A stretch of 64,000 nucleotides of DNA from Lama glama (lineage: Eukaryota). The stretch is from contig CM052817.1 in the NCBI GenBank assembly GCA_028534125.1, forward strand, positions 96,226,001-96,290,000, read 5' to 3'. Shown here one piece after another: positions 1 to 11,979 of this stretch. The number at the start of each line of letters is the position of its first letter. The stretch's first letter is position 1. The notes under the pieces are model-generated. The model made no database searches. It was not told the origin of the DNA and was given only the letters and a program-made list of their open reading frames with translations. Made by a program: the position numbers and the translations under genes.

Positions 1-313
1 AGTGAACTATAAATATTTTCGGGGCACTTAAGTGCGTTGAAATTCAACAAGCCATCTCTTTCTGAGGACTTCATCTTGGTTCCTCCTACTGTGCATCTGT
101 CAGGAATGAGACCTTTTCTTATTTTCTAGCTAGAGGACAGACAGTGGTAAAGGAGAGTTCTACTGATGTAAAAGAATCAATAAAATTTCTTTATGTCAAA
201 TTTACTATTATTTGCTATTTATTCTATGGAGGAAATAAATACTAAAGCAGATTATTATTTCTTCTAAATGACCTGAGGTAGAGGGGAAGAGTTCCAAATA
301 AGAGATGCACTAA

Positions 314-865
314 GACCCAGCAATTCCACTCCGGGGTACATATCCATAAAAAACAAAAACACTGATTGAAAAGATATGTGTGCCCCAATGTTCATAGCAG
401 CATTTTTTTTACAATTGCCAAGACATAGAAGCAACCTAAGTATCCATCAACAGATGAATGTATGTGTGTATATATACTGGAATATTACTCAGCCATAAAA
501 AGAATGAAATTTTGCCATTTGCAGCAACATGGATGGACTTGGAGGGCATTATGCTAAGTGAAGTAAGTCAGACAGAGAAAGGCAAATGCTGTATGATGTC
601 ACTTATATGTGGAGTCTAAAAAGTACAACAAACTAGTGAATATAACAAAAAAGAAGCAGACTCAACAGACACAGAGAACAAACTAGTGATTACCAGTGGG
701 GAGGTTGGAGAGGGAGAATATAGGGTAGGGTACAAACTACTGGGCGCAAGATTGACTCAAGGATGTATTATGCAACATGGGGAATATTGCCAGTATTTTG
801 TAATAACTGTAAGTGGAAAGTAACCTTTAAAAACTCTATGAAAATTTAAAATATTTTTAAAAATA
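314..865 (+). mobile_element. 5'-truncated LINE-1 (end of ORF2 plus 3' UTR)
   Basis: L1 motifs gacccagcaattccactc, atgttcatagcagca, gcaacatggatggacttggagggcattatgctaagtgaa; A-rich end. Confidence 0.9.
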
Positions 866-1611
866 CAAATGAGATACCTCTTTACATTAAAGAGTTTTGA
901 CTATGATTTCATTTGAGTTCCCAAACTTTTAAAATAAAGTTTTGCTTTAAGAAGTTTGATTTGCAAGCAAATAGTTATGTAACCCAAAGGTCTTTCATGG
1001 GCAGTACTGTTTAAAATTAAAAAGAAATCCTAAAGTTTTTAACTAAAGACTAGAGCCTAGTCAAGTGGAAACACAAACTGACCCTCACATCCCCTCTAGG
1101 TATTTATTTTTAACTGACTATTTTGACTAATTATCACAAGAAAACTACACAGGAAAAAAGTGGAATTAAGAGAAATTACCATCAAATATTTTCTCAATTA
1201 ATATTCACACTTGAATTGAGAAAAATAGGAAAACTTAACCACCATCAGAAAAGTAAGAGAATAATACTAATTAGCATCTATGAACACTTGCTCTTGTCAG
1301 TAAGGTATAGCAATAAACGTTTTTAAAAACAAGCTTATTTCACATTCCTTAAACTGAACAGTACCTGCTGCTGACTTTTTAAGATAACTGAAAAAATGGT
1401 GATTATGAAGTTGAATAAATCATTATCACTATTGTATGATTTCCTTAGACACTGAAGGTACAACATAGCATGAAGGTGCATCCAACATTCACATAGTAAT
1501 GGATAAAGAAAAATAAAATTGCCAATAAAATTGAAATCGCCAATGGTTGAGTAAACCTTTCCAACGAAAATGACTCAGCCATGAAGAATGATACAAAAAC
1601 CAATGACTCAC

Positions 1612-1840
1612 CAATAATTGGATCAGGTGCAATGTCACTTCTCCTCTCCTTCCATGACAGCAGGCAGTCAAGGCTGGTGAGATCTGCAGTTTCTATATAA
1701 TTACTAACCGTCAGCATCATCTGATGAGCTTTTGCTATTCCGTAATGAACTTTTGTTTCATCCATCAGAAGCATGTTCATTATCTCTGCTGTCATGTCAA
1801 AAGCTTGCTGAAAATATTCAGAGGCTTTGTTGTAGTAGCC
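1612..1840 (-). CDS. TTC29: TTC29 internal exon, 229 nt, phase 0 to 1: GYYNKASEYFQQAFDMTAEIMNMLLMDETKVHYGIAKAHQMMLTVSNYIETADLTSLDCLLSWKERRSDIAPDPII
   Basis: Acceptor cttacacttttag|GGC, donor ATTG|gtgagt; overlaps ORF 1445..1795. Confidence 0.95.
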
Positions 1841-2619
1841 CTAAAAGTGTAAGAGAAAGAATTTTCTTCTTAATTTTTATTTTACCATTCCACATATTTC
1901 CCACCTTGGCATGTCCTTCAACATCTTTCAACAATTTCAGCAGCTCATCTTCAAGAAGAAAGAGATGAGGAGCAGGGCCTCTACTGGAATGAGTTTCTTT
2001 TTAAAAGTTGTGTTTGCTAACCATGCAATATCTTAAGGTTAATTCACTATGAAAGGTGTATCTATGAGATTGGACTGTAGGAAACCAGAGTTTTTTGGAT
2101 TAAAAATGGTCAAATGTTAGCATTTGCATATGGTTCAACCTAATATATGGAAGCAAAAAGGAGTCTGGGAAAGATAGAACTGAGTCACATTGATTTGGAT
2201 GGAATTTTCTTACTTGTAGCATTGGATTTACCAGATGAATTATTTTAAACAAGCTCTTGTTTTCAGTCACAGCAAGAGATCATTCTCAGCCAACCCATTT
2301 AATTAATGGTGAGTGAAAATAGATGGAGGTATTTGCTGTTTGGTTTTTACTTGTGTTTTCCCACATTCATGTGTCATTCTTGACTAAGAAAGTGAAGGTA
2401 CCCAAGCTTCTGAAAACATATGATCTTGACAACAGCACTAGCATAACTTAAAGGATCAATTAAATGTCTATCTTTTCTCCAAGTCCTTTGGAACATTTTA
2501 ACTTGAAAAAATTCAAGGTCTTTTCTTTCTTTCTTTCTCCCCTCCCTTCCTTCCTTCTTTCTTTTTTCCCTCCGTCCCTTCCTTCCTTGTTATCCACATC
2601 TCTCTTTCTAAAAGCTACA

Positions 2620-2780
2620 AATAACTAACAGTTACCTAACTCTTACGAAGTGTCAAGGCCAGTGTTAAGTACTTCATATGTATTATGTCATTAGCTTTCG
2701 TAAGTCACCCGATGAAGGAATATTATTCTTTTTGCAAATAATGAAATAGAGCCTCAGAGAAGAGACTATTTTCTGCAACC
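2620..2780 (-). mobile_element. MIR fragment
   Basis: Degenerate reverse-complement MIR core (agtgttaagtacttcatatgtattatgtcatt ... gaaatagagcctcagaga). Confidence 0.55.
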
Positions 2781-2816
2781 CCCCAAGTCTTCTAAAAATT
2801 CTCCTTAAAAACTCTT

Positions 2817-3951
2817 CTTCAAAGACGGATATTATTTTTGGTATTAAGCTATACTTTTAAAAACTCTGGGGAACAAAAATTTCCTTTCTTCACTGATTTA
2901 TAACCCCGAGGGTCCTTCGTCTCCCCTCCCTCTACCTCCTTTTCTCTCTTTCATACACACAAAAACATGCACGCACACTCTTGTGAAAAGAAATGTTTTA
3001 CTATGAGCTTTTGAGCCATCTTTCTTATGACATTTCATGAAGGAACTTGAAATAAAAAAAAAACATAGAAACAGCTTCATATCATACACCAGTACGGATA
3101 AAATGCATACTCAACACCTAAGCTCCTCTGTATANNNNNNNNNNNNNNNNNNNNNNNNNNNNNNNNNNNNNNNNNNNNNNNNNNNNNNNNNNNNNNNNNN
3201 NNNNNNNNNNNNNNNNNNNNNNNNNNNNNNNNNNNNNNNNNNNNNNNNNNNNNNNNNNNNNNNNNNNNNNNNNNNNNNNNNNNNNNNNNNNNNNNNNNNN
3301 NNNNNNNNNNNNNNNNNNNNNNNNNNNNNNNNNNNNNNNNNNNNNNNNNNNNNNNNNNNNNNNNNNNNNNNNNNNNNNNNNNNNNNNNNNNNNNNNNNNN
3401 NNNNNNNNNNNNNNNNNNNNNNNNNNNNNNNNNNNNNNNNNNNNNNNNNNNNNNNNNNNNNNNNNNNNNNNNNNNNNNNNNNNNNNNNNNNNNNNNNNNN
3501 NNNNNNNNNNNNNNNNNNNNNNNNNNNNNNNNNNNNNNNNNNNNNNNNNNNNNNNNNNNNNNNNNNNNNNNNNNNNNNNNNNNNNNNNNNNNNNNNNNNN
3601 NNNNNNNNNNNNNNNNNNNNNNNNNNNNNNNNNNCTTCAAAGACGGATATTATTTTTGGTATTAAGCTATACTTTTAAAAACTCTGGGGAACAAAAATTT
3701 CCTTTCTTCACTGATTTATAACCCCGAGGGTCCTTCGTCTCCCCTCCCTCTACCTCCTTTTCTCTCTTTCATACACACAAAAACATGCACGCACACTCTT
3801 GTGAAAAGAAATGTTTTACTATGAGCTTTTGAGTCATCTTTCTTATGACATTTCATGAAGGAACTTGAAATAAAAAGCTCCATAGAAACAGCTTCATATC
3901 ATACACCAGTACGGATAAAATGCATACTCAACACCTAAGCTCCTCTGTATA
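2817..3951. repeat. ~318-bp direct duplication (2817-3134 and 3635-3951) flanking an assembly gap
   Basis: Both copies run cttcaaagacggat...ctcctctgtata; they differ at C3016/T3834 and A10 versus A5GCTC. Confidence 0.95.
3135..3634. other. Assembly gap (500 N)
   Basis: Run of exactly 500 N. Confidence 1.
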
Positions 3952-4609
3952 ATCATGGAATCCAAAGAGCAGAAAAACTGACTGAATAGGGAGATTGCTG
4001 GCAAGGTGAGGAGGGCAGAAAGTAGGGCATCTGTGACAGTTATGTCACCTGAGCAGCAAACATAACAGTTGTACGCTCACAAGGACAGCTTGGGTGAACC
4101 GTTTATTCAAATGGTTCATTCCAGTTAAATTTGCTGATTTAAACAGAGTCCCTCCATATTACATCAATAGTAATTTTTGTTTGTTGAGGCAAACAGTTCT
4201 TCTTCTTATTTCAAAGTATGAAACATAGAGTGTATATGAGGATAAGATTATTTAATTAGAAAAAATTAAAACTGTATCAAAGATCTGTATGTCAATTAAA
4301 TAAATTATATGACAGAGAAACAATATAAATATTAAAGATGACAATAAAACTAGTTAAAATTATAGATGGTCCTGCTAGACATCAAAGGTATAGGACAAAA
4401 ATAGATGAAAATATATAACTAGGCCAAATGTTTATATTTTTTAAAACAAAATACAAATATCTAATTTTATTATTTTAGTTGTAATTTTGAGCTTTAGGCT
4501 ACTTATTGTTTTAGGTGAGAGCCCCAATTGGAAAAATTAGGGGCCATAAATAAATGGACATATATTTGAATTTCCAGAAGTATTTTTATATATTATTATT
4601 TTGGAACAA

Positions 4610-4730
4610 ACTCATTCACTCATCCATTCATTCACTGAGCAACTCCTGTGTACCAGGCCCACGCCAGGTAGCAGGGATTCAGCAGTGAACAGAATTTATG
4701 GTCAAGGAGCTAGCTTGCTGCTAGTGGAAG
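4610..4730 (-). mobile_element. L2 3'-end fragment
   Basis: cattcattcactgagcaactcctgtgtaccagg...cagcagtgaacag resembles the reverse-complement L2 terminus. Confidence 0.65.
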
Positions 4731-6089
4731 TATTCATATGCCTAAAATTTTTATTAAATCTTATTTAACAAATGCTTTTTTCCCCTAAAATAGAAGCATT
4801 ATAGTTAGGTAATTATTCTTCCACAAATTGTGCCTATTGTTCAATCTTTAGACACATACATACCTACCATGAAACTGGTATGGATCTAGATTTCTCTAGT
4901 TTAAAATGCTCTTAAGGAAATATAACATTAATTCTTTTCAGATGCAAGAATTTTTATACGTACCTTTTTAGAATGTGGTTTCATTACTGTGCATTGTATT
5001 TTCAGATTTTTCATTCATAAAGAGTTTAATATCTAATTTTTTTAATATCTAAATTTAATCTCCTCTCAAGGGTTCTGTCTGACCTTCCACAGTTCTTTTC
5101 TGTTATCAGTTAATCCCTATTCTGTTATAGAATTCAGAAGATTTCAGAAATTAATCCTTGCGATCTTAAATAAGAGTTCAAGGATATATAAGTGAATTTA
5201 TGCACTTCACAAATGCATCTTATTGGAAGAGGTGATGCCTTTAATGTACTAAGTATCACTAATAAGCATGTGGTGGACAATTTCAGGACAGGATATTATG
5301 ACATCATAGACCTTGAATCAAAACTTGCATTATTACACTATAACATAGAACTTTCACGCATTATTTTGATTCTTACCAGATCCTTCTTAGTGTCTAAAAT
5401 GTCACTCTGTCCAATAAGCAAGCTCAAAATAAGTGGGGATTTCCCCCAGTACTGAGGAAGGATCATTTCTCACACATTTTCCTTTCTATTCTAGTATTGG
5501 AATTACCATTGTTTTAATTATGTGATTCTCTGATCTTATTAGACAATAAAAAACATCTCATGAAGGATCTATACCTAGTTATTTTCCCTAAAATATCCTC
5601 ATTTGACCCTTTACATTAACAATATATTTTCAATTAAAAACCCATCACATCAAGAGGGTGGGATGGGTGGCCCATCTTCCATGATTATATAGTAAAATGT
5701 AAACTAATGAGGATATTTTTAAGGTGTATTAACTTTAGTTGTAACAACACTATAATAATTAGAGAAAATTATTTTTCCAAAACTATTTCATATGATATCT
5801 GTGGTCTTATAGTAGTATTATTTCCTGGAAATTATGGTTAAGAATACAATTAGAATACATTGCATTGATAATATGAAGCCAGAAAAGGTATATGATGAGG
5901 GCAGTTGGCAGAGAGCCTCAAAAGGTAGACTGACAAGTATCAGCAATATTAGATTTACTTTTAAAGATTTAGTCAAGTTTTCAAATGCCAAAATATTAGG
6001 AAAAAAAAAAAACAAACCCAGAGGTTTGGAATTTCAAAAGTGAGAGAATACTAACTCTCAAGTGGTATAAAATTGGTTACAAATGTATT

Positions 6090-7215
6090 GATTGAATGAA
6101 CTTGCTTATTTTTGTTCACCAACTCTGTGCTAGGTTCTCATCAAAGAATTGGAATGAAAAAAAACAAAAAGACAGATCTGGTCCCTGTTCTCATTAAGCT
6201 TCTTTCTGTTCTAGACACATTCAGCAACAACAAGAAGAAAAATATCAATAAGAAAACTGTAAGTGCTACATGAAAAACTGAAGTAATGTTAAAGAGTGAC
6301 CTGGTGGCTACTTTTGATTGAGTTGCCTTAAGGAAGCTTTCTCTAAAGATGTGGCATTTAGCTGAGTGAATGACAAGAAGCCAGCAATATGAAGTTCAGA
6401 CTAGGGAGCAGTCCACGCGAAGCATTCCAGCTAAAGCGAACATTCTCAGGCAGAAAGAAGCTCAGGTTGTTTGAAGAACTCCATGAAAGTCCATTTGGCT
6501 GTGGTGGAGACAATAAGGAGGAGTGAGGGAGGCTATAAAGTCAGGGACTGGGGATGGGTGGTTAATGCAACTCATGCAGACTGCTTCAAGTCAAGGTGAG
6601 GATGCATAGATATGTTCTGAGAAGAATACGAAGCAATGGAAGTATTTTAAGCAGAGAAATAATATGATTTTATTTATATTTTAAGATAATTACTTGGGCC
6701 TCTGGGTGGTGGCTGGATTTGATGGAGGAGAAATGAGGAAATGAGTTCAGAGCTTACTGTAACAGTACAGGTGAGAAAACATTGTGTCATAAACTGATGT
6801 GGTGATAGTAGCGGAGATAGAAGAAATGAGTGGATCTGAGATGTGCTTTGGGTGCATAAAGATTAGGGTTTACTTCCGGATTGGATGTGGAAGGTGGGGG
6901 AAGAAGAATCAAAGAATATTCAGATTTTTGGCGTGAGCAGTTGGGTTGATGGATAATGGTACCATTCATTAAGATGGGGAAGACTGGGGAGAAGTAGGTC
7001 AAGGGAGAGAGGAATCACATTTAGTTTGAGATGTATATTAGAAGACATCCAGGTAGAGATGCTAAGCAGGCAGTTAGCTTTACAAGTCTGCAGTGCAGAG
7101 GAGAGATTAAGGTTGGAGACACAAATCTGGGAGCATCAGCATATGGATGGTAATTGGGAGTGGCAATGGGAGTGGCTGAAATCATCGAAATCAACGATAA
7201 AGCAAAGAAAAGATT
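6090..7215 (-). mobile_element. L2 LINE, ~1.1-kb 3' portion
   Basis: Purine-rich reverse-complement L2 motifs (ggcgtgagcagttgggttgatggataatggtaccatt, gacatccaggtagagatgctaagcaggcagtt, gggagcatcagcatatggatgg). Confidence 0.85.
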
Positions 7216-7344
7216 GTAGTGATTAAGAGTATACATTTGAATATCACAGCCACCCAGAAGCTTGGAGACCTGGGGGGGTTAGTTAAACTCACTGAGCCTG
7301 GGAAAAGGGAAATCAATGGAATGATACCACTTAAGGGTGTGGAG

Positions 7345-7570
7345 CATAATAATGGCTCTACCACTTATAAAGATGGTGCTTACTTCCTCTGCCAGGCACT
7401 GTTCTAAGTGTCTTACATTTATTAACACAACATACAAAACAACCTTATGAGGTGAGAAAACTGAAACATCTAGAAGGTAAGTAGCTTGTCCCAGGTCACA
7501 GATCTTATAAGTGAAAGAGCTTTTAATTCAGTCTGGTCTCAGAGTTAGTGCTTTTAATCATTACATACAG
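7345..7570 (-). mobile_element. MIR SINE
   Basis: tgccaggcactgttctaagtg ... gagaaaactgaaac ... cttgtcccaggtcacaga. Confidence 0.8.
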
Positions 7571-8314
7571 AGCCTCAGAAAGATTAAGACAAGGGGTATC
7601 AGAACAGTTTGAGAATGTCACTACCTTCAAAAATGACAGATCTCATTCATGATCAAAACAGCGATTGTAATAGAGAAACGAGCCTCTTTCATACTGTTTC
7701 GAAAGGAGAATCTAGGTAATAAAAGATAAAGTCAGAAGAAGATAAACCAAAAGTCCATCTTGACCAATGCATTTCACTAGCAATGGACTCTTGAATGAGA
7801 TACTTTTATTTTAGACTTTTTCTCTCTTCTTTCACATAACCAATCTGTTGCTAGAACTCCTTATTTCCTTCAGAATTACTCTTGGGACTGTCCTTTCTTC
7901 TCCTGAGGGACCAAGCAGGGGCATCACAGCTGGATTAAAAAAAGCAAGAATTTGGAGCAAGGGAGGTGAATGTTAGTGTCAGCAGTAAGAGCCAGTTGTT
8001 ATAATGAAGTTCCTTTGAATTGAAATATTTTAATTGCTTTTCAAATCCAAAATCACTTAGACTCTGCACTGGCTGTGAAGATACGAATCAGTGTTAGCAG
8101 CTTGCAGTGACTGGACCAAGATGGCGACCAGGTCCCGGAAGAGGAGGAAGTAACAGGCATCTCTCTTCCCAGTCACTGCCTTGTGCATTGACTAAGTCCT
8201 GCATTCCTGGGGCCATTCCACACAACTTATTATGGGAAGGAGAAGAGCAAATGAAAGAAGAATTTTAAAGTTTTGCAAATTTCTCCCTATGAACAAGGAA
8301 CACATTATACTCAC

Positions 8315-8438
8315 TTTTTCATTGTAGATGTCCCCAAGCATTGTACTTGCTCTCACAAAATCTAGGCTTTGAAAATTGTTTCTTGCAATTTTCACAACTT
8401 TTTTCAAGTATTTAATTGCTTCCATCATCTGTCCTTGG
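8315..8438 (-). CDS. TTC29: TTC29 internal exon, 124 nt, phase 2 to 0: (S)QGQMMEAIKYLKKVVKIARNNFQSLDFVRASTMLGDIYNEK
   Basis: Acceptor tttattctag|C, donor AAA|gtgagt; AG+C completes Ser; TPR-like A-x-x-x-L-G-x-I-Y. Confidence 0.95.
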
Positions 8439-8638
8439 CTAGAATAAATAAAACAAGAAACTATTGGAATATCATTCCATTTAATGTCACAGTCAAGAGA
8501 AGATTTTTTGTGTGTCTTTGCTTTAGAAACTGCAAGATGGTTATCAGGATAATGAAATGTAAAGTGTACATTTTAAAAATAAGTGGCTTGTCTTTGTTGG
8601 AGTATACAGTGAGTTAGAACTTAAACTTTTAAATGCCT

Positions 8639-9433
8639 ATGCATTGTTGGTAGGATTGTAAAATGGTGCAGCTGCTTGGAAAAATAACTTGGCAGTTCCT
8701 CAAAAAGTATAGCATATAGTTACCATATGACCCAAGAATTCCACTCCTGTGCATATACCCAAGAGAAACAAAAAAACATGTCCACACAAAAACTTGTACA
8801 TAAATGCTCATAACAACATTATACATAATGGCCAAGAAGTAGGAACCACCCAAATGTCTATCAATTGAATGGATAAGTAAAATATGCTATATTCATACAA
8901 TGGAATATTATTGAGCCATAAAAAGGAATAAAGTAGTGAAACATGATACAGCATGGATAAACCTTGAAAACATGCTAAGTGAAAGAAGCCAGTTACACAA
9001 AAACACACATATTGTATGGTTCCATTTATATGAAATGCCCAGAACAGGCAAATCCATAGAAACAGAAGGTAGTTTAATGGCTACTAGAGGCTGGGGAGAG
9101 GGGAGGCAATTGGGAGTGGCTGCTAATGGTTAGGGGTTTCTTTCTGAGGTGAAGAAAATGATCTGAAATTAAACAGTGGCTGGGGTAAGGTGGTAGCTCA
9201 GTGGTAGAGTGCCTGCTTGGCATGCACAAGGTCCTGGGTTCAATACCCAGTACCTCCACCAAGAAATAAACAAAATAAATAAATTTAATACTTCCCCCCT
9301 AAACAAAAACAAAAACAGTGGTGATGGTTGTAAAACTCTGTGAATATACTAAGAACTACTGAATTGTAGATGTTAAAAGGGTAAATGTATGATATATGAA
9401 TTATAACTCAGTAAAGTTATTTAAAAAAAAAAA
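8639..9433 (+). mobile_element. Old L1 (L1MB/L1MC-like) 3' end, interrupted by a Vic-1 SINE
   Basis: ttaccatatgacccaagaattccactcc, ggataaaccttgaaaacatgctaagtgaaagaagccag, terminal gaattataactcagtaaagtt plus poly(A). Confidence 0.9.
9182..9312 (+). mobile_element. Vic-1-type tRNA-derived camelid SINE
   Basis: A-box tagctcagtggtagag, B-box ggttcaatacc, A-rich tail; apparent target-site duplication (TSD) aaacagtgg at 9171-9179 and 9313-9321. Confidence 0.85.
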
Positions 9434-9499
9434 ACTCTAAAAAGGTTGAAAATTTCCACATTCCTTTGCAAATGAAACCAGTTCCTTGAGGGGAGGCCT

Positions 9500-9737
9500 A
9501 TGTGATTCATAAAATATCTGCTGGAAATATTAGAACAAATATGATGAAGACAGAGGATTCTGAAATCTCCTAACTAGAATTCAAGGCAGGAGAGAGAGTC
9601 AGAGTCTCGGCTCCTGGCACAACCATCTGGCAAACAGCAAGAATTTAAAAAAACAAGAAAGAAGATTTTACTGTTTTACGCCACTAGGATTTTGGTGACT
9701 GTTCGAGTAACTCAAATGACCAAAACTGACTAAGACA
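9500..9737 (+). mobile_element. Degenerate MaLR (MLT1-like) LTR 3' part
   Basis: End ctgttttacgccactaggattttggtgactgtt...actgactaagaca resembles MLT1 termini. Confidence 0.45.
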
Positions 9738-9852
9738 AATTTGACTATTTTTTTCTTTTGTAAAGAATAGAATGGTCAAGTCAATATGGGGTATACCTTA
9801 AATTTATACAGTGCTATATGTCAACTATACCTCAGGAAAACAAACAAGGTTC

Positions 9853-10097
9853 AGGGGGGAAGTAGAGGGATGGAGGAATAAAGTGGGAGTTTGGGAATTG
9901 CAGATACTAACTACTGTACATAAAATGGACAAACAACAAGTTTCTACTGTATAGCACAGGGAACTAAATTCAATATCTTACAGTAACGTATAATGAAAAG
10001 GAATATATGTATGTATATGTATGACTGAATCATTATGCTGTGAACCAGAAATTGACACAACATTGTAAACTGACTATACTTCAATTTAAAAAAAAAA
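9853..10097 (+). mobile_element. Younger L1 3' UTR fragment
   Basis: ctactgtatagcacagggaact ... ccagaaattgacacaacattgtaaactgactatacttcaatt plus poly(A); same type at 19.5, 25.5, 30.6 and 51.1 kb. Confidence 0.9.
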
Positions 10098-11273
10098 GAA
10101 ACTGGAAGAAAAAATAATGTACTTCTATCTGGAATATTAAATTAATTAATTAATTAATATCATCAGAAAAAGAATAGAGGGGCACATTATTTTTAAGATT
10201 TCAATGAATTATATTCGGGTACTTCTATTATTTGAATTCAGCTCTCGTTTTACAAATCTGAGTCCCCAGTATGCATTAGTTTCTCATGATCTGAATGGAA
10301 CTCCAAGGATACACAAATCATAGTTTCATAGGATTAAGAGCTAAATGGTCAGGGAAGAGAGAAGCGGAAAAAGTCTAAAAATCTCTCTCAAGGAGCTAAT
10401 TCTTTGAAAGGCTGTCTAAAGAGACCAGCTCTTTTCTTTTAGGAGCCAGTTGTAGTGATGTCCTATGTGAAGAACACTTGGGGGTGTACTGAGAGAGGTA
10501 CGCTTTCAGAGGGGCAAATGAGATTAGCAACCAAGGTGAAAAAATCTTTGAGCAACCAAAGAGACAGAAATTTTTGTAAACAGCTACATCCAAGGTAAAA
10601 AAAATGCTCTGACTGACTCAGCTCAGGCAGCTGAAGACAAAGTCCAGCTCCAGGAAAATTTGACTGCTGATTCAGACTCCTGATTCAGAGCCATAAAGAT
10701 TTAAAACATTATGAGCCAGGCAAGACATGATTCCAAAATAATGGGTCCAAATTAAGTATGCTAAAGAAAATTCAGTATTTGTTGAATGTCTGGCTTTTTT
10801 ATTTTTTATTTTTTGATCAATCCATAAAACAGAAAGGTGAATCTAAGTTTATATGCGATTCCATTGTTAAATCGTGTCCAAACTGTTAACATTTTGTATT
10901 AAAGTGATAAAATCCAGAATTTAGAGGTTTTAAAATAACAGAAAAACCTATAAGGTGTTCTTTAATGGAGTAAAGTAAAGGAGGCACTCTTACTGCTGAA
11001 TGTCTCTCAATCCCTACAACTACCTCTTTGCTTTCATAGGTTAATAGTTTCCAGTGAGCACCTATCCCTTAGTAAAACACAAGATGAAATTCTGAGATGC
11101 AGACACTGGTTTGCAATTGAGTTGATTCTTGCATGGGCATTTCTCTTTGTTTATACAGCAAGGATATACTCAGAGGACCTCCAGATAGGATGGTGACAAA
11201 TATGACATATAGAGAAGCTTTGCTACAAATCTTTATGTTATTGCATCTAAAGAAAAATTTAGCAACATTAATA

Positions 11274-11979
11274 CAATGTTTCACTTATTCTAAAATACAC
11301 ACATTCCCATATTTTAACATTTCTGAAATCACGATCCATCGCAACAGGTGGCATTTTATAATCTCAGACAGGGAGCAGTCAAGTCACAGTTGTTGCTGAA
11401 CTCATCCGTGTTCCTGGAGATAACCTACGATTGCAATGCTTTGATCTTTCTGTCAACAACTACTTAAAGATAATTTCAGAAAGGAATATGGGGACTCGCT
11501 GTTTTCTAAAAGTCTTTCCCTGAAATTTTCTGGAAGACAAGAAAGTGCCACTTTAAAAACTGGAGATTGAATGTCCATGACTTGGCAGAAATCCTGGAGG
11601 TGATACTGGAGCACTTATTTTAAGAAAGGCTATATAGCATCAGTGTTCTTGATTTCACAAAAGATGACATGTATGAGAGAAAAAAGATAGTGACAATTCC
11701 AAGTTTAAAAGCGATTCAGAAGAACTGGGCTTTGAATGCAAAGATGTTTGAGGAGTGTAATAAATTTACTTTGCTTATATTTTCTTTTCACATGAATTCT
11801 CAAGAGTAATTATAAAAATATCTATGTATAAATGAGTCTAAAATAGCTTTTATTAAGTATAAAATCAAAATTCTAACCAATAAGAAAAGTAATGTCAACT
11901 TAGTTAGAATATTTTTCTTTCTTGGGTATGTTAAGGTATATCTTCCAATAGGAAGAATCTTAGATTCAGTGAAATCCAG
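11274..11979 (+). mobile_element. Kanga1/MER104-like Tc2 (TcMar) DNA transposon relic
   Basis: Imperfect terminal inverted repeats (TIRs: ta|caatgtttcacttattctaa ... tcttagattcagtgaaatccag); 11410-11469 translates VPGDNLRLQCFDLSVNNYLK, resembling the pogo/Tc2 transposase PGG...LQPLD.SVN..FK motif. Confidence 0.75.

Noticed and set aside
3037..3678. Long ORFs of 187-213 aa
   Set aside because: Artefacts of translating through the 500-N gap.
8103..8128. CTCF site (AGATGGCG half-match with upstream TGCAG)
   Set aside because: The conserved 5' CC of the core is missing; YY1 fits better.
9182..9260. tRNA-like sequences with A and B boxes (also 28000-28065 and 56600-56676)
   Set aside because: A-rich tails, TSDs and divergence between copies show they are SINEs, not tRNA genes.
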